Of a stretch of DNA of 64,000 bases, positions 11,223 to 20,976 are shown in pieces. How positions within the stretch are numbered: the first letter of the stretch is position 1; every line of letters starts with the position of its first letter. Under the pieces are notes generated by a model. It was not told the DNA's origin, ran no database searches, and was given only the letters and a program-made list of their open reading frames with translations. The position numbers and the translations under genes are program-made. Source of the stretch: Haplodiscus bocki (lineage: Eukaryota); the NCBI GenBank assembly GCA_965655095.1, contig OZ296653.1, forward strand, positions 16,120,001 to 16,184,000. Direction: 5' to 3'.

Positions 11223-11948
11223 ATGGATAAAATTTTATATCCAAATCATCCTGTTCGTTGTATAACAACCGGACCTAGTGAATGTGGAAAATCGGTATTT
11301 CTAACAAATTTGATTTTAAATATCATAAACGAATATGATAAAATATATATCTATTCACCTAGTCTTCATCAAGATTTATATCAAAGAATAATTAAATGTT
11401 TCAGTAATTACATACCAATTCACATAATCCCAAATATTTTAAATGAAGAAGATATCGATATAGTAATAGAAGAGATAATCAACAATAAAGACTTTGAAAA
11501 ATCTAATACTGAAATAGAAACTTTTGAAAGTATAGAAGATTTAAAATTTCCACAAGATTATGAAAATAATAGTATTATTATCTTAGACGATTTGAATCAG
11601 AAAGAAATGGATGATCCTAGAGTACAAGCGTTGTTTAAAAGATCTAGACATAATAATTTATCTATTTTTATAATAAGTCAAGATTACTATGAATTAAGTA
11701 GGAAAACAATACGATGTAACGGTAATATCTTTCATATATTCAGACCAAACAATTTTAGAGATGTAATAAATTTATATCAAGACAAAAGTTCAATGGATAT
11801 GACCATCGAAGAATTCAAATTACTAACTTCTATCTGTTGGAGTAAAAATTATCAACCTCTTACTACTGATATGACAAAAAACGCATACGATGGTCGTTAC
11901 AGATTAGGACTAAAATCAATATTCGTACCAGATACCTCCCCCTTCTAG
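11223..11948 (+). CDS. Genome-packaging ATPase (A32/FtsK-HerA family)
   Basis: Walker A GPSECGKS, Walker B IIILDD, RSRHNNLSIFIISQ motif. Confidence 0.93.
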   Translation: MDKILYPNHPVRCITTGPSECGKSVFLTNLILNIINEYDKIYIYSPSLHQDLYQRIIKCFSNYIPIHIIPNILNEEDIDIVIEEIINNKDFEKSNTEIETFESIEDLKFPQDYENNSIIILDDLNQKEMDDPRVQALFKRSRHNNLSIFIISQDYYELSRKTIRCNGNIFHIFRPNNFRDVINLYQDKSSMDMTIEEFKLLTSICWSKNYQPLTTDMTKNAYDGRYRLGLKSIFVPDTSPF

Positions 11949-12096
11949 ATTCTCTAATCCAAGTTTAATTGAACGAGGTTTGATAAATATACTGGTCGAT
12001 ATAGATTAGGATTAAATTCAATATTTGTTCCTGATACAACTCCTTTTTGAAATATAAATACATACAATTATAATTATATGTATTTATGATTTATAA

Positions 12097-13005
12097 ATGA
12101 GTATTTATTCAAATGTTACTGAAAAAGATTAAGATAATCTACGTAAATTAGCAGATCAACAAAAAAATCAACGAGCTCTTAAAATTAAAAATAGAATTTT
12201 AAAACAGACACATGATGTTAAACTAGCCGAATCTCTCAGTCCTATTACTGACAAATTAGATGATACTGGTAAAAAATTAGGTGAAGTTATTAAAGAATCT
12301 ACTCAAAATTTAGGAAATGTTATAAAAGAAAACAATACTCCACAATTAGCTATTGAAAATACTTCTCAACCAGCTATCGAAAACACTCCAATTCATCAAC
12401 CAATAGAAGATATTGAAGGAAGGGTGTATGACGTTCAATTAGAAAATACTTTTAACAATATGATAGATAACAAAGGTTTTTTTAAAACACATTATGATCT
12501 TCAACGTGGATGGGTAATGAATAACATACCTTTTAATTCACCTGGTGGAACTTGGATAAATGTTGGTGAAAATGAATATGATTTAACTAAAGGTATTCGA
12601 AATGTATTATCTAAGAAAACATATAAAAATGCAAAATCGATGAGTGATAAGGAGAAAGTAGATTTCAGAGCTTTCTTAAGTGATATAGGTTATTATAATC
12701 GAAAACCAACAAAAGGACAACCATCAGGGCTTGATAATTATATTAAAAACGAGCTTGATGATGATGTCAGAAATATTTTATATCCGGATAAAAAACTTAA
12801 GGGTAAAGGAGTTGAAAAAATTATTATCCCTTCAAAGATAGTTGATATATACACTAGACTTGAAATCTTACTAGGATTAAAATTATCTGGACATACCAAT
12901 ACTCTCACAGAAGCATCAAATCTAATAGATGAATTATACAAACGAGGTGAAATACAAAATAAACAACAATATCGAAATGCTCTGGATAAGTTTTCAACTA
13001 ATTAA
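12097..13005 (+). pseudogene. Conserved Polinton structural/core-type protein with a premature stop
   Basis: ATG 12097 in frame with ORF 12424-13005; TAA at 12130-12132; LKGKG adenain-type site before a C-terminal RLEILLG..SGH..IDEL helical motif. Confidence 0.7.
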
Positions 13006-13794
13006 ATGGAATTACTTCCGAGTAAATTACTTCAACAAATAGCGTTTAATACAAGACCTAAAATAGAAGAGCATATGCTAATTATTATGGATAAAAGTAC
13101 TCACGAAGAGCATTTGTTTCAACCATTACAGACAAAAAATAAACAATTTAAAATCGCAGTCACATTTTTATCTGCTTATAATGGTATTTTCAACGTTACA
13201 AACAAAAATAACAGATTTTATTTCACGAAATCAATTACTGACGATGATCATTATATAATGATTACAATTCCTCCAGGCGCTTACGAAATAGAAAGTTTGA
13301 ATGATGAGATTAAAAGGATTATTATTAATGATGAGCATTTTACCGAAGACACTTATCCATTCGTTATCAAACCGAATTTTTCTACGTTGGGTAGTATTAT
13401 AGAAATTTCAAATGAAGAATCTGCAATTTCATTCAAACCCGGTGATAGTATAGGATCTCTATTAGGATTTAATAAACGGAAAATATAGGAAGAATATAAT
13501 TTATCTGATAATCCCTTCGATATACTATCATTTGATAATATTTTCATTGAAACCGATATTGCTCAGGGTGTCATTTTTAAAGGGAGACGAAGTGGTATTA
13601 TTCACAACTTTACAATGGACGTTGATCCTGGTTATAAATCTTTAGAGAAATTTCGAGGAGGTATTAGTTGGTATATGCTCAAAACTATGGATTTTATTTC
13701 AAGTATTAATTTTAGATTAAAAAATGAAAACGATAATCTAGTATCATTCAATGGGCAATCACTAACTTTCAGATTATCTATCAAAGAAGTTTAG
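13006..13794 (+). pseudogene. Minor capsid protein (penton, single jelly-roll) with a premature stop
   Basis: ITIPPGAYEIESLN, SIGSLLGF; reading frame continues past TAG 13486-13488 to ...SINFRLKNENDNLVSFNGQSLTFRLSIKEV*. Confidence 0.82.
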
Positions 13795-13838
13795 GACATG
13801 AATACGTACAATTATTTGAGTATTTTACTTCTCCTTAA

Positions 13839-13985
13839 ATGACGAAGTCAAGATATATTCCTAAATATAAAATTAAATTACAAAATCAAATACCAAAAGA
13901 TAATAAATCTACCAATTTACCTCCAAACTTACAAAGTTTTAAAGATAAATTATTATCTGGAAATGGATTTGTTGTTTATAAGTAA
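13839..13985 (+). CDS. 48-aa basic peptide with C-terminal adenain site (not in ORF track)
   Basis: TAAATG start; MTKSRYIPKYKIKLQ...KLLSGNGFVVYK*. Confidence 0.55.
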   Translation: MTKSRYIPKYKIKLQNQIPKDNKSTNLPPNLQSFKDKLLSGNGFVVYK

Positions 13986-14046
13986 ATATTCGTACATGTC
14001 TAATAATTTCATTTGTACAAGTGTAATTATATTTTATATCTAATAA

Positions 14047-15351
14047 ATGAGTGTTGAAGATTTTCAATTGATAGATGATTCAAAAATAGATGATTCAATT
14101 ATAAAACGAGATTTCATAAAAATTTACCATCAATCTGGAGCTAATGTTGATGCTGAAAATTCACAAATAAAATTCTATTTCGGAGAAAATCATAATTTTA
14201 TTCAAGTAGGTAATAGATATTTAGAATTTGATATAAGAGTTAGAAGAGCGAATGGTAATGCTTTTGGTATTGGCGATGCTCCTGCAGGTGATATAATTAG
14301 ATTAGTTAATAACGCATTTGCTTATACAATTCATGATGCTAGAATATCATCATCAGCAGGAGTAGAGATTGAACAAAATAAATACGTCGGGCCCATTTCT
14401 ACTATAATGAGATTAGTAACACAAAAAGATGGTGATTTATCCACATATTTTGATATAATTGATGAAAGCGAGGGTGAAATAAATAATACATCATTAAGAC
14501 AAATACTCATCGACAATCACACCGAAGCTAATAGAGGTCTTATACGAGGTCATTTACCGTTAGAATATATATTTGGATTTTGTAGATCATTCAAAAAAAT
14601 AACCAAGGGATTAGGATTTGAATTAGATTTAAGAACTTCTAAAAGAGAGGAAGGTATTATATACACAACATTAGGAGATAATGATGTTAATGTTACTATT
14701 ATTAACATCAGTCTTTTTATTCCTCAAATAATACCATCCCCTGAAACACAAGTATATTTTAATGAAGCTATTTGAAAGACATTTACATTATCATATGAAT
14801 CTTGGACTACAGACAGAAAACCTGTTGATACAGCAAGAGAATTTCAAGTAGATATATCATCAGCATCAAATATAAATAGTCCGTTATATCTTATAGCAGC
14901 TCATCAGAAAACACAAAGACCCGATCCTGCTAACCCAGCCATTAACCTCACTAACAATAGATTCAACAATTCTATTTTCGATGATGTCGAAGTTAGAAAA
15001 TATTATTCAGAAATAGATGGTGTAAGATACCCTAAAAATCCTGTCATGGTTAACTTTGCAGAAAACAATTATCTAGAACAATATAGATATTTAAAATTTT
15101 TTTATAAAGAATATGTTGGTGAACCTATTTTGAGTCCAATTATAACATATGATAAAATGAAAAAATATTATCCTATTCAAATAATCGACCTACGATTTCA
15201 AGTTGATCATATATCCCCAAAGAAAATAATACTTTTCGAAGAATATGAAAATAATCCTGTTAATACTGATTTATACGTAATTTTAATAAAACATAGAGAA
15301 ATTAAAATGATATCCGATGGTAATAAAATTATCGGTGTTGAAGTCGTATAA
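14047..15351 (+). pseudogene. Major capsid protein (double jelly-roll) with a premature stop
   Basis: ORFs 14047-14775 and 15046-15351 are in one frame, split only by TGA 14773-14775; LPLEYIFGFCRSFKK, IDGVRYP motifs; ~434 codons; lies between penton and protease. Confidence 0.85.
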
Positions 15352-15366
15352 GTATTTATATTTTAA

Positions 15367-15774
15367 ATGACAATATTAAGTTTTAAAGATTTTCTGAAAA
15401 AATATAATTTAAAAAATGATACTATGAATGAAACAGAATTACAGAAAATTTATAATTATTCTATATACCCCAGAGATTCAAAAATATATTCTGATAAAGG
15501 ATTTGTAAATATAGACAATGACTCTCAAGGAGGAACTCACTGGACTTGTTTTATAATAAAAGATAATAAATCTTATTACTTTGACTCATTTGGTGTTCAG
15601 CCAGATAAATTTCTACTTAAACAATTACCTAAACCAATAATATATCATAATTATAAAATACAAGATATAAATTCAAAATTATGTGGCTCATATTGTTTAT
15701 ACTTTTTCTATTTAATAGAAAGAATGAATTATTATGATGCTATTTTGAAAATGTACTTTGAATCAATTTCATAA
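15367..15774 (+). CDS. Adenain-like cysteine (maturation) protease
   Basis: GTHW (His), YFDSFG (Asp), IQ...LCGSYC (Gln/Cys). Confidence 0.93.
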   Translation: MTILSFKDFLKKYNLKNDTMNETELQKIYNYSIYPRDSKIYSDKGFVNIDNDSQGGTHWTCFIIKDNKSYYFDSFGVQPDKFLLKQLPKPIIYHNYKIQDINSKLCGSYCLYFFYLIERMNYYDAILKMYFESIS

Positions 15775-15782
15775 TTTTAAAT

Positions 15783-17117
15783 ATGCCTATCAATGTATTT
15801 GGAAACTCTTCAAACAATTCTGAACAAAAAATTGACACTAGTCTATTTGTACAAAAGCCTTATCTGAGAACTAATTATATAGAAAGTAATAAAGAGGAAG
15901 ATATTGACTTAAAAAATCGATTTAGAATTAAAAACGTACCAGATCCAATAAGCATTAGAGAAGCAGCTTCAAAAAACTATGTTGATAATTTATTCAATGA
16001 TCCTACTATAATAAAAAACAACTCTCATATAGATTTGAATGATAGAAATATTACCAATTGTAGATTTTTGTCAGTCAATCAATTACCTCAAATTGATTCT
16101 CATTTAACAGCGAAGTTGTATGTTGATAATGAGATAGACCAACAAAGCGTTGTTAGAAATAATCAAGATAATGATTTCGGTAACTATAACCTAATAAATA
16201 TAAATAGTATCACTCTAAATAAACAAGCGGAAAATGATAACGAAGTCATTACAAAGGCTTATGTTGATCAATTTCATCAGGAAAATGAAAGATCTAGACG
16301 AGATATTGGATTAGATTTTTATAACGAATCAAATGATTTGGTAAAAAACAATCAAGATAATGATCTCAATGATAAAAAATTAACAAATTTAGATTCTATC
16401 ACTGTTAATAGAAACCCCACTTCAGATAACGAATTATCAAACAAAAAAAATGTTGATAATGAATTAGATAGAAACACTATAGTTAGATTTAATCAAACTC
16501 TTCCCAACTATCTCAAAGTATCTGTTGGTAATGATACATATAGTCTTACTAAATATGATAAAATACAAATTACTGATACAACAGAAATTAAATATCCAAA
16601 TATAGGCAGTGATTTATTGCAAAAATGGAATATTAAATGTAATAACAAAAATAATGTTTCCAATGTAGGGGATTTTATAAAATCAACCAAAACGAGTTCG
16701 CCGACAGGGCATTCAGGAGCAACAAACTTACCTCCTATCGGTAATAGTTTTTTGTATATCGAGACATCATCTAATAATCACGGTCATGAGAGGGTATTTG
16801 TAAGCTGGGAAAGAACTGATATAATTCAAATAAGTATTATAACATTTTATTATAACAGATTTTCGATTTTATTTAATGATTCTAAAAAATCAATGGGTAG
16901 ATTTAAAATTCAATTATTATTAGAAGATAATACATGGAGTACTAGATATATTATACCTAAAAATGATCGATATAGTAATTCATCAACCCAATGGACTAAA
17001 TTAAGTTTAAATTTTACTGTAGAAAACTATGGTATTAGATTAGTTTACGATCAGATAGATACACCACACGCTGATATGTGCTTTAGTAACATAACAATAA
17101 CACATTCTGTATATTAA
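15783..17117 (+). CDS. Putative fibre/spike protein: repeated shaft plus C-terminal MAM-like domain
   Basis: ~38-aa repeats ending in (A/S/T)KxYVD (SKNYVD, AKLYVD, TKAYVD, NKKNVD); C-terminal FLYIETSS, TFYY, MGRF, QWTK, DMCFSNITI. Confidence 0.65.
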   Translation: MPINVFGNSSNNSEQKIDTSLFVQKPYLRTNYIESNKEEDIDLKNRFRIKNVPDPISIREAASKNYVDNLFNDPTIIKNNSHIDLNDRNITNCRFLSVNQLPQIDSHLTAKLYVDNEIDQQSVVRNNQDNDFGNYNLININSITLNKQAENDNEVITKAYVDQFHQENERSRRDIGLDFYNESNDLVKNNQDNDLNDKKLTNLDSITVNRNPTSDNELSNKKNVDNELDRNTIVRFNQTLPNYLKVSVGNDTYSLTKYDKIQITDTTEIKYPNIGSDLLQKWNIKCNNKNNVSNVGDFIKSTKTSSPTGHSGATNLPPIGNSFLYIETSSNNHGHERVFVSWERTDIIQISIITFYYNRFSILFNDSKKSMGRFKIQLLLEDNTWSTRYIIPKNDRYSNSSTQWTKLSLNFTVENYGIRLVYDQIDTPHADMCFSNITITHSVY

Positions 17118-17151
17118 AAAACACATGTAATTATAATTATCTATATTTTAA

Positions 17152-17613
17152 ATGGATAATATAAAATATTTTAAAGACATATTCGAATCTATTCACGATT
17201 ATAAAAAAATAGTTTTATTAATATTTTTAATTCAAAATGATAAAAATTTATTAAAAGAAATAGGATTTAGTAAAAATGATATTGATTTATTAAATTTAGA
17301 GTTTAAAAATATTTTATTAGAAGAATTTGAAGAATATCTATCTTATATAAAAAATGAAGAAGAATCTATTTTAGAAAAGTTTTTAAATATGAAAATGGAG
17401 CAATACTTCAATACTATTTTTGAAGATATAAGATATGAAAGGAGTCTTATTTTGTTGTTATCACTGATAGAACCTGATATATTAAAACAGAGTAAATTTA
17501 CAGATCATGAAGTGAGTATAATAAAAGATATCGCTCTTGAAAAAATATTTCGACAGAAGAATCTTAAAGAAATAGTTGCTTTAGATCTACTAGAAAAACA
17601 ATTTTCTACCTAA
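17152..17613 (+). CDS. Hypothetical protein with two similar helical halves
   Basis: YFKDIFESI..IVLLIFLIQND resembles YFNTIFEDI..LILLLSLIEPD. Confidence 0.6.
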   Translation: MDNIKYFKDIFESIHDYKKIVLLIFLIQNDKNLLKEIGFSKNDIDLLNLEFKNILLEEFEEYLSYIKNEEESILEKFLNMKMEQYFNTIFEDIRYERSLILLLSLIEPDILKQSKFTDHEVSIIKDIALEKIFRQKNLKEIVALDLLEKQFST

Positions 17614-17616
17614 TAA

Positions 17617-18228
17617 ATGACTTATCCGAATATATCAAATGACCCAGAATTGTTAAAAATTAAAACACGGGATGATGAAATTAAAAATTTAAAATATCAA
17701 ACAGAAAAACATGATCATGAGAATATTTTGAAATCACTTAAAAGTGATAATGAATCTTATAAAAAGAAATACAAATAATTAAATAGAAAGAAAATATTAT
17801 TAATTATTACAGAAATACTCGTGGGTGCCACTTCAGCTGTTGGTAGTTCATCGATGGCTTTAACCAATCCTGGTGCTGGCATAATCGTTTCATCTAGCAC
17901 AGCTTTGTTAACTTCTATTGCTATCTTAATCACAAATGGGTATATTAGTAAATTAAAAATTAGATATACTAAACTAAGAGATTGGATTAACGTAATAACA
18001 TTGCTTTATGAAAAGCCTCTAAAAGAATCTATGATAGATTAAAAAATTGATGAAAAAGAAGCCAATCAATTGAAACAAATTTATAATCATTACGTTGATA
18101 GAAAATCTGAAATAATGAAAAATACTCAATTTAAAGTTGAAGACATTTTCAATGATGTAATCAATAAAGATACTATTTCACAAGAACAAATAGTTAGACT
18201 TAATAATTTTTTAGCCAAAATGACGTAA
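17617..18228 (+). pseudogene. Coiled-coil plus two-TM membrane protein, two premature stops
   Basis: Single frame from TAAATG 17617; TAA at 17776 and 18040; hydrophobic ILLIITEILVGATSAVG and GAGIIVSSSTALLTSIAILIT. Confidence 0.72.
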
Positions 18229-18326
18229 ATATAAACATAAAAATCAATTTTAACTTTTTTAAACCTAGAAAAGAAAAAATAAAAAGTTATGAACCGAGTG
18301 CTCCTCCTGAATATAATTTTCAGTAA
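18207..18326 (+). CDS. ATG-less frame encoding ...KSYEPSAPPEYNFQ*, candidate -1 frameshift extension of 17617-18228
   Basis: Frame opens exactly at the T-TTT-TTA heptamer (18207-18213); contains overlapping PSAP and PPEY; fills the gap up to the next TAAATG. Confidence 0.5.
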   Translation, partial: FFSQNDVNINIKINFNFFKPRKEKIKSYEPSAPPEYNFQ

Positions 18327-18330
18327 TTAA

Positions 18331-18489
18331 ATGACAAAGACATACTGCCTCGGAGTATGTCATTATAGTAATACTAATAATATTGTTGAATATGAAAAAG
18401 TCAACCCAAGAACTAAAAAATTAGTTAAAGTTATCAAGGGAATTTGTGATATTTGTGGTCGTAATAAATCACAAATTTTTACTAAGTAA
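18331..18489 (+). CDS. 52-aa zinc-ribbon protein (DUF5679-like; not in ORF track)
   Basis: MTKTYCLGVC...KGICDICGRNKSQIFTK*; TAAATG start. Confidence 0.6.
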   Translation: MTKTYCLGVCHYSNTNNIVEYEKVNPRTKKLVKVIKGICDICGRNKSQIFTK

Positions 18490-18918
18490 ATGACTAGAGC
18501 GGAAAGTTTTATGAAAAGAGGAAAATGTAGTAAAAATCACTGTTCAGCTATGTCAAATCAGGCATGGACAGATTTAAACTCTCAAGGCAATATATTAAAA
18601 CTTCATGATAAATGTCCAAACCCTAAGTGTGGATGCCAAAAAATCATTACTTTTACACCTCATCAATATATGCTTGAAGGTGGTTCGATTAAAAGTTAAC
18701 TACAGAAAATATTTAAGGGTACACAAACAGCTTGGAATCAGTTTATTAAACCTGGTCTAAAAATGGCAACACCACTGATATCAGCCGCAGTGGCAGCAAA
18801 AACCAAAAATCCTCAATCAGCTCAGGTTGCGAATACTATTTTAAAATCATTAACGGGAGGTAAAATTTTGAATCGCACCGACATGCATGGGAGGGGTCTT
18901 CGTTTGAAAGTGATGTAA
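18490..18918 (+). pseudogene. Putative pVI-like membrane-active virion protein, one premature stop
   Basis: Frame continues past TAA 18697-18699; LEGG/S followed by amphipathic SIKS(*)LQKIFKGTQTAWNQFIKPGLKMATPLISAAVAAK; LTGG/K; terminal MHGR/GLRLKVM*. Confidence 0.65.
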
Positions 18919-18953
18919 TTTTAAAATCAATTCAAATATAGTTAGCTAAGTAA

Positions 18954-19607
18954 ATGAGTAACTGTATAAAAGATTTTTATGATTACGATTTGGTTAAAAA
19001 ATGTTCGAAATGCGGAATTATTTCATTAAAAAGTAATTTTCATAAAAATAAAAATATGATTGATGGACTTCAACCATATTGTGTATCGTGCGTAAAAAAA
19101 TTCAGAAAAAAATATTATATTGAACATCGTGATTTAGAACTTGAATGTAATAAAAAATATCGTAGTGATAATAAAGATAAAATTAATGAGTATTTTAAAA
19201 ATAGAAAAAAATTAGATTCAAACTATAAACTAGTTTGTAAGCTACGATCGAGAACTAGTATGGGTTTCAAATCTCAAAATGTTAGAAAGATAAATAAAAC
19301 ATTTGATTTACTTGGATGTTCTTATTCTTGTTTCAAAGATTGGATTAATCATCAACTCTATGGTAATATGGCTATTGAAAATTATGGTTCCGTGTGGCAT
19401 ATTGATCACTGTATCCCAATAGCTTCATTCAATTTATTAAACGAAAGTGAAATAAAAAAATGTTTTAATTGGATTAATTTACGTCCAATGTATTGGAGTG
19501 AAACTATTTCAAAGGGTGATAAAATTGATTATCATCTATACCTACTACAAGAAGTGAAAGCAAAATTTTTTTTGAAACTAAATAATGATCAAGAAAGACT
19601 TGACTAA
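18954..19607 (+). CDS. HNH-type endonuclease with N-terminal zinc finger
   Basis: KKCSKC...YCVSC; WHIDHCIPIASF...CFNWINLRPMY..SKGDK. Confidence 0.8.
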   Translation: MSNCIKDFYDYDLVKKCSKCGIISLKSNFHKNKNMIDGLQPYCVSCVKKFRKKYYIEHRDLELECNKKYRSDNKDKINEYFKNRKKLDSNYKLVCKLRSRTSMGFKSQNVRKINKTFDLLGCSYSCFKDWINHQLYGNMAIENYGSVWHIDHCIPIASFNLLNESEIKKCFNWINLRPMYWSETISKGDKIDYHLYLLQEVKAKFFLKLNNDQERLD

Positions 19608-20442
19608 GATTTTTATTGATGAAATTTATTCAAAACCACCAAGAAAAAATTATCCAACTAATAAAATAATATACAATCACATAGATGAGGTATGGTCCAT
19701 TGATTTAGCCGACATGATTGACTACAAAATTTCAAATAACAAAGGATTCAGGTATATATTCATCATAATTGATAACTTTAGCAAATATTTATGGGCTATG
19801 CCCTTAAAAAACAAATATAGTCAAACAATAACAAACGAATTTTCAAATATATTAACTAAATCAAAACGAAAGCCTCTCAAAATTGAATCTGATAGAGGTA
19901 CTGAATTTTATAATAGTATTTTTCAAAAATTACTCAAAAATAAAAATATACATCACTATTCACGATTCACCGATAAAGGCCCTTCAATTGCTGAAAGAGT
20001 CATTAGAACAATAAGGAATTTATTAAAAAAGCCAGTGTTTGAGAAAGGTGATGCTGATTGGTTAAGTGAACTTCCATCTGTTGTTAAGCAATATAATAAT
20101 ACAATCCACCACTCAACGAAAATGACTCCTATCCAAGCTAGTAAAAAAGTAAATGAAAAAGAAGTCTTTTCAAATCTCAGAGATGATAGAGAAGTTCGAA
20201 AACCAAAATTTAAACTCGGAGATTTGGTTAGAACTTCTGATATCAAAAAAGTATTCTCAAAAGGAGATAGTACAAATTACAGCTATAAATTATATACTAT
20301 CACAGAAGTCATTCATGACACTATACCATCATATCGAATGAATTACTTACCCGAGAGATATAATGAAAATTTATCACTACCAACTAAACTATCTCTTGAA
20401 CAAAATAATAAAATTATGAAAGAATTGAATTTAATTCAATAA
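19585..20442 (+). CDS. Retroviral-like (RVE, DDE) integrase
   Basis: WSIDLAD, IIDNFSKY, ESDRGTEF, AERVIRT, YNNTIHHSTKMTP, KFKLGDLVR. Confidence 0.95.
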   Translation: MIKKDLTKIFIDEIYSKPPRKNYPTNKIIYNHIDEVWSIDLADMIDYKISNNKGFRYIFIIIDNFSKYLWAMPLKNKYSQTITNEFSNILTKSKRKPLKIESDRGTEFYNSIFQKLLKNKNIHHYSRFTDKGPSIAERVIRTIRNLLKKPVFEKGDADWLSELPSVVKQYNNTIHHSTKMTPIQASKKVNEKEVFSNLRDDREVRKPKFKLGDLVRTSDIKKVFSKGDSTNYSYKLYTITEVIHDTIPSYRMNYLPERYNENLSLPTKLSLEQNNKIMKELNLIQ

Positions 20443-20457
20443 TAAAAAACTAAATAA

Positions 20458-20976
20458 ATGGAATTAACTGAAGATCAATTAATTGAAAAATATGCCAAAC
20501 GTTGTGGGCATTGTAAACGAAGCACCTTACTACCATATGAATATGAATGGACTTGCTTTTCATGCGGATATAACGTAAACAAACGCAAAAATGAACTCTC
20601 AAAAATACAGCGGAAGAAAATAAATTTTATAAACCGATTAAAATATGCAGAATTCAAAATATTTTCCATATGTGTAGATGTATATAAAATTTATGAAGGT
20701 GATGATTATGAGAATTTACAAAATTTTATCAACATTAAAAAAAAATTAAAAATAAATAATAAATTAATTGAGATATATAAAGACATGATAAAAAATCCTG
20801 ATTTTGAACAAAACAAATATTCACTAACTTCAACAGGTATTTATAAAATAGGACATGATAGTATTAGATTAATGAAATGGATATGTTATTTTGATCGATC
20901 ATATTATGAAAATATAAATTATTATGATTTAATGGGATCTGTTTGTAATCATTTAAATGAAATATCTAAACGGTGA
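20458..20976 (+). CDS. Zinc-ribbon hypothetical protein
   Basis: CGHC...CFSCG; TAAATG start. Confidence 0.7.
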   Translation: MELTEDQLIEKYAKRCGHCKRSTLLPYEYEWTCFSCGYNVNKRKNELSKIQRKKINFINRLKYAEFKIFSICVDVYKIYEGDDYENLQNFINIKKKLKINNKLIEIYKDMIKNPDFEQNKYSLTSTGIYKIGHDSIRLMKWICYFDRSYYENINYYDLMGSVCNHLNEISKR

